Source: Octopus bimaculoides (taxonomy: Eukaryota). From it: DNA of 64,000 bases. Shown in pieces: positions 49,090 through 61,289 of this stretch. A program made the translations under genes and the position numbers. The first letter of the stretch is position 1. Every line of letters begins with the position of its first letter. The stretch is taken from assembly GCF_001194135.2 (NCBI RefSeq), contig NC_068984.1, positions 10,073,298-10,137,297 of the forward strand, in the 5' to 3' direction. A model generated the notes under the pieces. It saw nothing but the letters and a program-made list of their open reading frames with translations. It ran no database searches and was not told where the DNA came from.

Positions 49090-49719
49090 GACAGTCTTGG
49101 ACGCGTGTTTCTGGCTCAATAACCTTCATCTGTGACTTAATAGCCTTCATCGGTATATATGTATGTGCATATATGTGTGTGTTTGTGTGTATTTATGCAT
49201 ATATGTGTGTTTATATGTACAGTTTATAAACGTGTCCATCCTACTCAATACGCGCAATGAGTTCTTATTGGATTTCTGATCTTCCCAGCTCCATACGAGG
49301 CATAGTACACACACACACACACACACACACGCACATACACACTTTGTTTGTGTATTAAGGCTACCATTGGTTTCATGTGAAGGAAATTCTAAACAATTTT
49401 TTAATGTGATTGGCTTGAAAAATGTGATCGGCATGAAACTAATGGTAGCCATAATACACAAACAATGTGTTGTGTGTGTGTGTGTGTGTGTGTGCGTGCG
49501 TGTGTAATATGCCTCGTGTGGAGCCGGGAAGATCAGAAATCCAATAACTCATTGCATGTATTAGGTAGGACTGACACGTTTATAAACTATACATACAAAC
49601 ACACACATATATGCATAAATACACACAAACACACATATATGCACATACATATATACTGATGAAGTCTATTAAGCCACAGATGAAGGCTATTGAGCCAGAA
49701 ACACGTGTCCAAGACTGTC
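49090..49719. mobile_element. 630-bp fold-back (arms 49090-49377 and 49432-49719, 54-bp spacer) with hammerhead-like motifs (H4) at both outer ends
   Basis: Arms are near-perfect reverse complements; each ends in (C/T)GATGA-AGGCT-ATT(A/G)-AGCC, duplicated, then AGAAACAC(G/A)(C/T)GTC. Confidence 0.85.
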
Positions 49720-50158
49720 CATTTACTTCCAGACAATAAGCCAGTTCTGTTCTTTCATGGCATGTCAACTTTGAACAGTTCCTGATTCTTGAGATAATCT
49801 CTCTTTCTCAAGTAGAACTGACCTTAATTACAATGTGGTAATTGCAATACATCATTGAGAGAGGGAGTTGGTTTTAATAAATCAAGAAATTATGCTGCAT
49901 CGTATTTCATATATATATATATATATATATANNNNNNNNNNNNNNNNNNNNNNNNNNNNNNNNNNNNNNNNNNNNNNNNNNNNNNNNNNNNNNNNNNNNN
50001 NNNNNNNNNNNNNNNNNNNNNNNNNNNNNNNNNNNNNNNNNNNNNNNNNNNNNNNNNNNNNNNNNNNNNNNNNNNNNNNNNNNNNNNNNNNNNNNNNNNN
50101 NNNNNNNNNNNNNNNNNNNNNNNNNNNNNNNNNNNNNNNNNNNNNNNNNNNNNNNNNN

Positions 50159-50207
<49 letters not shown>

Positions 50208-50604
50208 TATACCTATACACATTCAAACATACATTATATATATATACATACACATATATGCCTATACATACACACAAACATACATACATATATATGTATG
50301 TACATATATGTATATAAATGTGTGTGTATATATATGTGTGTGTGTGTGTGTATAAATATGGAGGGGAGAAATAGGCGGACAGTCATACAGACATGCATGC
50401 AGACAAACTTCCACGAGTAGTAGTAGTAGTAGTAGTAGTAGTTAAACAGACGGTTATTGTTACACTGAACTCAATTGAATCTTCATTTCGATTTCAGCCA
50501 ATCATAAGAAATATTCGATCGCCAGGAATCGATCGTGGAATAAACAAACTTTGACCCTCCAAAGTGATTGTCGTTTTGTTTTGCCAGAATAGAAAAAAAA
50601 TCAA

Positions 50605-51650
50605 TGTGGTTATTGTAGTTTAGCCACAGGTAAACCTGGATCGAGTAGAACTTATAATCAGAGGTGTTCCAACCGAGACCATCTCGTGTTTTAAGAGCGC
50701 TTAGGGCTGCATTAACGAATGCATCTTTCCCTCTGTAGTAATACGATGAAACGCGTGAATTTACTGAGATTTAGTTACTATTTCTAGCAGATCTAGCGAC
50801 CATGTAGCGGTTTCCTCGTTGGCCGGCTCGAAGACTATTCTTGGTGTTGGTGTTGTTAAATAGCCCCAGGTCAGCCTCGATCAAGTAGACTTTGAATGAA
50901 ATGCGTTCCAGATGTGATCATCCAGTTTTTTTTAATGCATATATATATCAGGTACTACTTCGTCTAACGAATCCCATTTTTAGTTAAGACGAGTGTGATT
51001 TGAAGGAGATTTGGTTGTTATATCCAGTACGCCGAACAGCCGCCAGGTGAGATGACAAATGACAGGTATGATACTATGTAGGCGATACCATGGACATTCT
51101 GTCATACGCAATATATTAGAAGACTGGCTGTGCAAGCCTCTCCAGTGGTCGCTTGGTCAGTAAGAAATAGCAGCCAAATTTCCTCATCGCACAACCTATT
51201 ATTGGAAGCTTTGGACAATGTAATCCCGACATGCGAATTAGCAAGATGGTCACAACTGGAATCTCTTTGACCATAGATCTGTTCAGTGAGGACTGATTAG
51301 GGGCGAAACAAGAGCAGTAAATACATTTTGGACGGAGAGCCTCTATGTGGTCGCTCAGTCTGCTAAAAATGGTAGCCGAATCTCCCTCGTCGCATGAAAA
51401 CAAGAGGAAGGACATTTTGGACAATGTAGACCTGATATACAAATTAGCGGGTTGGTCACAGCCAGAACGTCTTCAATCATAAGGCTTTGATCATAAGGCT
51501 GTTCAATCAGGACTGATCCAGGGCTTAAACGACAGCACTTCGGAATGAGTCAATGAAGAAGGAGCCTCTATATGGTCGTTCGGCCTGCTAAAAATAACAG
51601 CCAAATCACTTATCAGACCTTGTCGCTTTAAAAATTGAGAAAAAGTACGA
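50605..51650. repeat. Cluster of five family D repeats (two minus, then three plus)
   Basis: ggtcgct..ctgct..aaatagcagccaaat..gatggtcaca..gatcatag..gggc..aaac units. Confidence 0.65.
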
Positions 51651-51980
51651 ATTTGAAAAAAGAAGAAAATAAGATGGAATTAGTGACGTCCGAAAGTCTT
51701 GGACCATAAAACTAACTGTTGCATCGGTGATGATCTAGAGGGGTGTGGAATAAAGATTGAAAACCGAGTGAAGAATACTGATTGTGAAACTGTTTCAATA
51801 TGTTTGTGAAGTTGAAGAATTACGCATTCATCACTGCTAAAGATTTGGAATAATGGGGACTAAGAAATAACGTTGAAAATATGACAAAATTGGGAATTAC
51901 ATTTAATAGGGGTGGGAGATGTACCGTAAATGACTCACTTATATTGATGAGGTAAAGGTATATGCGAATATATATAACAC

Positions 51981-52029
<49 letters not shown>

Positions 52030-53083
52030 AAAATGGTTAGATGTTTATGAACAAGTTTTTATATAAACAAAAGACAGGTGAAAATACACGAAAACATTGA
52101 CAATTATTGTAATCCTTTAAGACATACAAAAACGGGAGTAACATTTCATTTAAATGCATATATATGCACACATATATATGTGCATATACAAATATATATA
52201 TACATATATATATATACACAAATATACATATACATATATATATATACAAATATACATATACATATATATATATACAAATATACATATATATATATACAAA
52301 TATACATATACATATATATATATATAAGTATATATATATGCACATATATACAAATAAGTACCTACATGTAGATACATATATATGCATGCACAAATATACA
52401 TATATAGGCACAATATATATGCGCGTGTATACGCGCACGCTTTGGAACTAAGACTTTGGTACTTTGTACAAAGATGTATTTTCATTGCATAATTTATGCA
52501 TTTCTTTCAGATATGCATGTTCTCTCTGTCTCCTACACACACACGCGTACGCGCATATTCTCTTCGCCTTTCTTTTGCGAAACAACAATAATAGTATTAA
52601 CAATAAAATTATACAAAATACCCCGACGCCAAGGACGGTCGGTGGAGAATAAATAGGAAAAGAGAACAGACTAGTAAACAAAAGATATACAAGAAAAACA
52701 CTGGTATTTGCTACGAAAAACACAAAATGAGTAGCAAGGAAAAAAAGCTTACGGTAATGTTGGAGTTTAGAGTACCGTTTCTCTTTCGCAAAAACAATTT
52801 TCACTATGCTTGGGGAGGGGAAGTATCAACTATTTAGCAGTTCTTTTTTGCTATAGTTATTAAAAATGTGTTCGATAATTATTTATTCGTTTCACTAATC
52901 TGGTATACCATAATGTAAAAAGACTTTGATTTGCTGCAAATTATAGATATGGGCAGTGATTGAGCATTGGCTTATACGCAGATAATGCTTCTACTCTTTG
53001 TTTAAAATTATTATTGTTATAACAATATAATATTTGTTCGTTTAAAATAATAATTATTATTGGTTTCATTCATTTCTTTGCAG

Positions 53084-53119
53084 GACTGAAAGGAAAGCTA
53101 CTTTGTGAAAGTGAAAACG
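53084..53119 (+). CDS. Candidate 36-nt micro-exon
   Basis: ttcattcatttctttgcAG|GACTGA..AAAACG|GTACGT; open only in phase 1 (GLKGKLLCESEN). Confidence 0.45.
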
Positions 53120-53559
53120 GTACGTTATACTTCGGGATTACCAAAGCTTCGTGTGGAATGTTTCAAAAATAAACACCTATGAGGAGAGGAGAGAGGAAGA
53201 GAGAGCGAGGAAAAGAGCAGGGGTTACGTAATTGTTGGAGGGAAGAATGTACAGGTGTTACAGTTAGTATAAACATTTTGCTGGGTGGAAAAGTGGCAAC
53301 GAAAAGCAGGAGAAAGTAAGAGAAAAAAATGTGGTGGGGGAGGAGAAAAAAATCATTATTAAAACTAAAGAATTATGTACTTCTTTTCCGTGATTTTCTA
53401 AGTGGATTTGAAATTCTTACCTGGCAAGATCTGTCCCATACACAGTGCCAAACTGAGTGAATTACGAAATATCTATTTTAAACACGTCAACAGCACGAGG
53501 GCAAAAAGGGAAAACAAAAGAAGCAGGTGCTTCTTTCACGGCTGCTTAATTATTGTATC

Positions 53560-54115
53560 AACAAGTAGTTTCTCTCTCCTTCTCACTTATTCAACTCCAC
53601 TCTCTCTCTCTCTCTCTCTTCTCTTTCTTCCTCCTCAACTATAATCTCTCTCGCTCTCTCGCGCTTCTTCTTCAACTATACTCCTCTGTCTCTTCCTTTT
53701 TCTCTCTCAGCCCTCTTTCAATTACAGTTCTCTCTCTCTCTCTCTTTTCTCTTGCACCTCATCTTCATCTATATTCTGTTTTTTACTTCCTCTTTCTATC
53801 TCTCTCTACCTCTCTCTCTTGCTCCTTCCTCAACTATCGTTTATTTGTCTTTCTCTCTCCCTCTCTTCCTTCTTCGTAAACCATAGGTTTCTTTCTCCCC
53901 TTTCTTTAACCCGCTCTTCTTCGACTATACTCCTCTTTCTTTCTCTCTTGTCCCTCAACTATAGTTCACTGCCTTGCTCCTCCTCTCTCGCCTCTTTCTC
54001 AACTATAGTCCTCTTCCTCCCCTTTTCCTTTCACTCTCCCATCTGTAGTGCTCTCTTTCTCTTACTTGTTTCTTATCTCTAGTCCTCTCTTTCTCTCCAT
54101 CTCACTCGTATCTGT
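53560..54115 (+). repeat. CT-rich minisatellite with recurrent TCAACTATA core
   Basis: About 8 tcaactata/tcgactata anchors among (CT)n. Confidence 0.75.
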
Positions 54116-54125
54116 TTTCTTTCAG

Positions 54126-54158
54126 ACACAGCAATGTTGGAACCAAACGAAGCAACAA
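54126..54158 (+). CDS. Candidate 33-nt micro-exon
   Basis: tctgttttctttcAG|ACACAG..CAACAA|GTATTA; phase 1 gives DTAMLEPNEAT, compatible with 53084-53119; weak donor. Confidence 0.3.
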
Positions 54159-54238
54159 GTATTACTCTTAGATACCACTTCGTTATCTACATAACACTCA
54201 ACTTTTACGCAAAACGTAGTCACAGTAGCATTACTTGT

Positions 54239-54317
<79 letters not shown>

Positions 54318-55921
54318 CTGACAGCTGATTTTATTGATATTAATCTAGAAACTGGCTCCTCTTTCAGCATCTGCTGTTATATATATGTATCTCTTGTTTA
54401 TTATCATCATTTTTTATATCGATATTATTTTTTTCACCCTCTATTACGTTGTACTCTCTTTTTCTCCTCACCCCTTTTTTCCTGTTAATTACATATGTAC
54501 ATTCTCTGCACATCTATATGATTATTTTATATAAAATGTTTTGTGCCGAATACGAAGGGCTTCTGTGACCAAGAAAAGAAACAATTATTTTTATCCTCGT
54601 TATTGCGATTATTTACTATTAAGAATATCGAACTGTTTTGCATAGAACTGTTGTGGTGAATGAGGTTCAATGTTGCTGAGACTAACAGGAGTTGTTTCCC
54701 GCGTAATATTCCCTCCTAGGAGAGTTCAGGCGTAATTAACTAACTGAATTAATTAATTGATTGATAAAACAAATGAAGAGTCGTTTGAAATTAAATAAAT
54801 TTCTGTACGATAAGATACGGATGAATAATCTAACGGTTCAGTCAATAGAACTACCTACTTAATTATAGTGAAAGCGACTGACTTTTCCCTTAACTGAATC
54901 CTCATTTAGAATCAGCTTTGGCACAGAATGACGAAGCAGTTCCATCGAATTAAAGATACAGTCTATTAGACGAGCTGTCATATAGTTTCTCACTGTGCTT
55001 TTTCACTCACAAAACTTGGAATACCTTTCCGTCTGAATTTTTTAAAACCGAAACCATAAAATTTCGTCTGAATTTTGGGAGTACAGGTGAAACAAGGAAA
55101 CCCCTTGGGGTGAAGGTCCTACTTTCCTTGCTTGGAATTAGCGAAGTTACAGAATAGCTTGTAATTTTTTGGCAATGTTACTCTAGGTGCAATGCTGCCT
55201 TAAGGGATGAGTACACTAGGAAGCTGCCAGGGGCTTCGTGGATCCGAATCCAGGTAAAAAAAAAAAAAGTCACGGGGCTTTTGTCTGGATCCCATAAATT
55301 GTGACTTTTTTTCCTAACCAAAAATATTGTCATTTTTACCGTGACTTTTTCCCTGTGATTTTATTACCGGTCACCGCGGATCCAGGGATTCGATTCTGAT
55401 CTCCGTGTGCTGTGGTTTGCTTATCAGTAAATAAGTAAGGGTTCCCTTACTTCCGTGACCTTATCTCCTTTAATCTATAACAAAATATTTTCATTGTCAC
55501 ACCTGACAGCTGAACTGCCCCAGGCTTCCTTCCTGTTTTGAAATAACGTCCCTCACACTCCAACCTTTAATACCAATTAGATACCTGTCTTAAACTCCTT
55601 GGTACCGGATTGTTTTTTTCCCCCTCCATTACCAACATAGTTCGTTTGATCTAGTCTGGACTCAGAATATCTTACCTGTAAGATATGGGGGTCTTAACTG
55701 TAAACCAACTTACCTGTAAGATATGGAAGTCTGAAATTTCATTTGGCCCATGATTTCTCCTCGCCTTACTTTCTATCTTCCCTCTGTCTTTATCACTGGT
55801 TAACCCTATCTGAATCATCAATTAGATGGGGTTGGTTGGTACATGAGTCCCTTCTTGTGCTGAATGTGAATCAGAGATCATGGTAACATTGCTTGTGAGA
55901 GGGCAGATGGTTTGTTTATTG

Positions 55922-56180
55922 AAGTGGTTCTCAACCATTTTTTTTTTTTTTCATATGGATCCCTTTGATTTCTGTTTTACTTGCACAGACCCTCAGAGCC
56001 ATTCAGTGTTTAAAAAATCCTATTCTCATAATTAAATATTATTAGAAATTGTATTAAAAATTGTTTAAAATATTTTGTGCAGTGTAGAAGTATATAACCA
56101 GTTTATTGGGCATAAATTCTAACAACAAAATCTTACGTGGACCCCAAAAGGGTTATATAACCCCTGGTTCAGAACCACAG
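55922..56180. mobile_element. hAT-like MITE
   Basis: (a)agtggttctcaacc ... ggttcagaaccacag TIRs. Confidence 0.7.
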
Positions 56181-56589
56181 ATACCTACCAATACGATACA
56201 CGATGAATTTTCTCTACTAAGTCTCCGCAATCAAGGTTCTGTGTTGATGCTTTCGTCTCATCAGTTTTGGGGGATGTCTTCAACTTTAAAGAATTGTGCA
56301 TTTTCTTTGCTATTTGTTTAGGTTCCCAAATATGTGACTCTGTGTGGTGCAAGTGTCTTGATAACCGATGCTGGTGTGTTTACATCCCTGCAACTTAGCG
56401 GTTCGGCAAAATAGACCGATAGAATAAGTACTAGGCTTACAAAAGATAACTACAGATTTTACTTGTCTTGCAGACAATCCTTTCTATTATAGGCACAAGG
56501 CCTGAAATTTTAGAGGGGTCATCTAGTTGATTACATTGACCTCAGTACTCAACTGGTATGTATTTTATTCGACTTCAAAAGGATGAAAG

Positions 56590-57381
56590 CAGGGATGTGC
56601 CACCTGGGTAGGCAAGGTAGGCAGTGCCTACCCTGAATAAAATAGATTGATAGTAACATTTTCCTTTTATGGCAGAATATGCACCTAATGCAATAAAATT
56701 ATGAAGATGTAGGAGTGGCTGTGTGGTAAGTAGCTTGCTTACAAACCACATGGTTCCAGGTTCAATCCCACTGCATGGCACATTGGGCAAGTGTCTTCTA
56801 CTATAGCCTCGGGCCGACCAAAGCCTTGTGAATGGATTTGGTAGACGGAAACTGAAAGAAGCCCGTCGTATATATGTATATGTTTGTGTGTCTGTGTTTG
56901 TCCCCTCAACATTGCTTGACAACCGATGCTGGTGTGTTTACGTCACCGTAACTTAGCAGTTCGGCAAAAGAGACTGATAGAATAAGTACTAGGCTTACAA
57001 AAGAATAAGTCCTAGGGTCGATTTGCTTGACTAAAGGCGGTGCTCCAGCATGGCCACAGTCAAATGACTGAAACAAGTAAAAGAGTTACTCTGATTACTA
57101 TACATAAAATGCAAAATATCTTATCTTTTTTGTAGATTAAGTAGGCATAATTCGCCCCTGCCTTTCAATTTCAGTATTAAAGCTACACATAATACTGCTG
57201 TAGTACAGTACACATGCTGCGTACATTCTTACAACGTTTTCTTTATGTGCTATAAAGGCAAAAGTAAATCTGCCTTCTTGTCAGTCATTGTGCCTGTGTT
57301 TTGCTTTTTTTTTTGTGTGTGTTTTACTACATAAATGTCGCCAACTATCTACCCTGAGTAATTACAGATGGCACGTACCTG
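56590..57381. mobile_element. hAT-like MITE with 8-bp TSD, itself split by SINE A
   Basis: TIR CAGGGATGTGCCA / TGGCACGTACCTG; TSD GATGAAAG versus GATAAAAG. Confidence 0.8.
56712..57085 (+). mobile_element. SINE family A, full length
   Basis: Complete head, core and tail. Confidence 0.9.
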
Positions 57382-58212
57382 GATAAAAGGTAAGGTTGCC
57401 CTCAGCGGAATTCAAACTCAGAAAGTAAAGACAGAAGAAATGCCACTAAGCAGCCTGATGTGCTAATGGTTCTGCCAGCTTGCAAACATAATGGTAAGAG
57501 ATTAGCAAGACACAAAAGTCAGTAATATAATTGTGTCCTGTCCAAACCTAGAGTTGCTAGTATTCTGGAGCTAATGAATCTCAAATAAATGACATCTTTT
57601 CCTTGGAAACTGAGTTTATTTGCAACAACAGTAGTTAATGCATTCGCTTGGTCTCCCATGACTGAGTGTGCAGTGAACCAAAGGAGCGTGGCTGTAAACA
57701 TGAAAGTCATCAAAGTACATCAAACCAATTAAGTTTACTCGATAAATACATTTTTCAATTCATGGCCATTGAAGCTAACAACTGTGGTCCTTCCACTTGG
57801 ATGGTCATCTCTGACTCGGGGCTGAAATGGCACTGGACAATGCCTTTATATGCTGCCTGGCTGCTTCAAAGGATTTCAGTTGCTAACTTGAGGAGGGGCG
57901 ATTCAGAAACTCTCCTTTCATCTTCTGTCACTATATTATAGAATATCAGATAAAGAAAAGAGAAATAGGAAAATGTCCAATCAATTTTCTAATTATTTGT
58001 TTGGTTTGTGTCTTTTTTTTTCTGTTTTGTATTTTCTTTAGGCACTGCTGTGCAGTTAAAAAGCTTGTTGTGCAACCACATAATTTTAGGTTCAATCCCA
58101 CTGCACAGCACCTTGGACAAGTGTCTTCTACTATAGCCCTGGGCTGACCAATACCTTATGATAGAATTTGGTTGAGGGAGACTGTGTGGAAGCCTGTTGT
58201 GTGTGTGTGTCA

Positions 58213-58460
58213 TCCTCATCATTTAACGTCCGCTTTCCATGCTGGCATGGGTTGGATGATTTGACTGAGGACTGGCGAACCAGATGCCTACACCAGGTTC
58301 CAATCTTATCTGGTAGAGTTTCTACAGCTGGATGCCCTTCCTAACACCAACCACTCCGAGAGTGTAGTGGGTGCTTTTACGTGCCACCGGCACGAAGGCC
58401 AGTTAGGTGGTACTGGCAACGGCCATGCTCAAAATGGTGTATTTTACGTGCCACCATATA
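58213..58460 (-). mobile_element. RTE 3'UTR copy running into a gap
   Basis: catcatttaacgtccgctttccatgc..ggatgcccttcctaacaccaacc. Confidence 0.85.
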
Positions 58461-59109
58461 TNNNNNNNNNNNNNNNNNNNNNNNNNNNNNNNNNNNNNNN
58501 NNNNNNNNNNNNNNNNNNNNNNNNNNNNNNNNNNNNNNNNNNNNNNNNNNNNNNNNNNNNNNNNNNNNNNNNNNNNNNNNNNNNNNNNNNNNNNNNNNNN
58601 NNNNNNNNNNNNNNNNNNNNNNNNNNNNNNNNNNNNNNNNNNNNNNNNNNNNNNNNNNNNNNNNNNNNNNNNNNNNNNNNNNNNNNNNNNNNNNNNNNNN
58701 NNNNNNNNNNNNNNNNNNNNNNNNNNNNNNNNNNNNNNNNNNNNNNNNNNNNNNNNNNNNNNNNNNNNNNNNNNNNNNNNNNNNNNNNNNNNNNNNNNNN
58801 NNNNNNNNNNNNNNNNNNNNNNNNNNNNNNNNNNNNNNNNNNNNNNNNNNNNNNNNNNNNNNNNNNNNNNNNNNNNNNNNNNNNNNNNNNNNNNNNNNNN
58901 NNNNNNNNNNNNNNNNNNNTATATATATATATATATATTGGCTAATGCCGGTGTTGCATAATTTGGCCATTAAGTGCACCCTTCAATCATTGGGCGATAT
59001 GCTGTGCTTGTGAAGAGCTGTCGAACCAAGTGAGATCATAGTTGTGACCAATGACAGTGCCGCCTGACTGACACCTGTGCCGGTGGCATGTAAAAAGCAC
59101 CTTCCCAAG

Positions 59110-60045
59110 GAAAACACATTTTCCCAAATTGAGCAAACAAAATCCCGAATCAATAAAGGAATATTCTGACAAGTGTGAAAGTCTTTTGAATAAATTTGAA
59201 AGTAGATCCAAAGAAATACAAGATAACAAAATTGAACTAAGTGTTTTTGAAACACTTTTTGATATTTTGTCCTGAGAGGGACTCTGGATTCTTTATAATT
59301 AGAATTAATTGATTTGCACTCAGATAACCTAATAAAATCGAAATATAATAATAATGTCTTTATTGGACTTCTACAAATCTATGAATTCAGAGAAATTCCA
59401 TGCTTTACATAAAAATGTCTTGAAATTCACATCTCCATTTTCAACAACTTACCAATGTGAGCATTTTTTTCTTTTTTTTTTCTCAAATTGAATTATGCAA
59501 AAAATCATCTTTGTACCAGATTTACTGATGAAAACCTGAGTAACGAACTTAGAAGAGCAATTTTTTCAAAGTCATGTGATATTCCTAAACTTCCAAAAAG
59601 AAGAAAAAGCTGTTTAGTCCTTCTCACTAAACAAAACCAAATTTTAATGTTAAGGTTAATTAGCTTTGATAGAATTATCGCTAGGATAAATTTGTTTAAA
59701 TATGTCATTTACATATTATGTTATTTAGGTAATAATGTCATTTTTCAAAATTAAATTTGGTCAGTGCTTGATTGTTATAATTTCTCCAACATGAGGAATA
59801 GGTTCATTTTGAAAAACATAGAATACCTCATAAGTGATATAAATATCCTAAATTCAGTAGCGGAGTTAATGAAGATGTTACGCATTAATTTAATATGTTA
59901 AACTTATCTTTATTAATGTATATCGAATTATACATAGATATATACAAGACTTACACAGATATAAGTGTTAGAACTTGTGGTCTGCCCGTGGACCTTTTTC
60001 ATTGGAAATTTTTGCCCACCAGGCTAAAAAGTTTCCCCACCCCTG
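59110..60045 (+). pseudogene. hAT (Buster/Charlie/GTF2IRD2-like) transposase 3' relic with right TIR
   Basis: HFPKL..EYSDKCESLLNKF; LELIDLHSD; FSTTYQCEHFF; RFTDENLSNELRRA; TIR aaaaagtttccccacccctg. Confidence 0.8.
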
Positions 60046-61289
60046 GTTTAAAGAGATCTAAATTAAATTCCATCAAACTTTCATGTTAATTTATATTCCA
60101 AGTACCAACTTCATGATGATAATTATTCTACTCAGTTCTTCATTATTTTCAAAGTTAATTGAAACAAAGACAATATATTTCGGTGAAAACATGGTAACAA
60201 AATATTTACCCTGAATAAAGAAAGAGGTCTAATGTTTCAGGCAGTATGCCCTTTATCAAGAAAAAGAAGAGAGAATTCCAAATATAAAATGCTCATAGAA
60301 TCCTTCATTATCTTCCTGCTCGTTGTACTTGACTATCTTTAGCAATTCTTTTAGTTTGTCATAATCAATTTTCTAAAGATCTTCTCATCCTGAAAGTGAT
60401 ACATAAATGCCATTGTGAAGAAACCACCAATATTCAATCTGATTATTCAGTTTTGTTAGACTTAAATTGTGAAACTTAATCATCTGAAAGAAATGTTTCA
60501 TTTTTAATTATTTTTCAAAAAAAAACCCCTCTTTTATCAGTCTTTGATTTCAGTTAAAGAACCATAAAATTATTATCTTAATGAATTCTGTTCTTAATGT
60601 CAGTGAGTTGGGTGTTGGTGGTGGTAGCGGTGATGGTGGTGGAGGTAGTGTTGTTGCTGGCACTGCTGCTGTTGTTGTTCAGCTCTTGATTATCCCTGGG
60701 AAGGCCTATAATCAGAGGCTTCTCAGCCATACCCACCCCTCCTTTACTCAAGCATTGCAAATCTAGAACTGCTTCTTCCAATATGTCCCTCATCTCCCAG
60801 ATTATCATTATTGTTGTTTTTCATGACAGAAGGTAATTTCATTGAAATTTCGTTGCTATATTTAGCAGGCCGAGTGACCCCCATGGAAACTCTCATTATT
60901 TGAATCATCACCATCACCATCACCATCATTTAACGTCCGTTTTCCATGCTAGTATGGGTTGGAGAGTCTGACAAGAGCTGGTAAGGCCAGGGCCTGCACC
61001 AGGTTTCATTGTCTGTTTTGGTACTGTCTCTATGGCTGGATACCCTCCTTCCTCACTGCAACCACCCTGCAGAGTGCACTGGGTTCTTTTTATGTGGCAC
61101 CAACACTGATTAACTTGCAAGGCAAAAAACCCCGTAGCTGGGAGATTTATGTTGAATTGTGGATTGACAAAACCCTTAGAGCTTTATGGCATTTCTTATG
61201 ACTCTTTATCTTCTGGGTTTGAATCCAACCAAGGCCTGCTTTGTTTTTTCATTCTTATGGGGTCTATAAAATAATGTATCACTACAACA

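Larger units (their letters stand above)
56480..57485 (-). mobile_element. SINE family B split by an hAT MITE
   Basis: rc central domain ends ..aaaggatgaaag at 56589 and resumes gtaaggttgccctcagcggaattcaaactcag after 57389. Confidence 0.75.

Noticed and set aside
56245-56275. Minus-strand CTGATGA-GAC-GAAA
   Set aside because: Stem II is absent and stems I and III do not pair; at best a deleted relic
57700-57900. VRDDHPSGR resembling a mariner DDPRSGRP motif; also a LINE-like FFTHKTWNTFP at ~54990-55040
   Set aside because: Single short motifs without supporting flanking homology
59524-59550. CTGATGA followed by GAAC
   Set aside because: Lies in the hAT transposase codons (TDE); no stems
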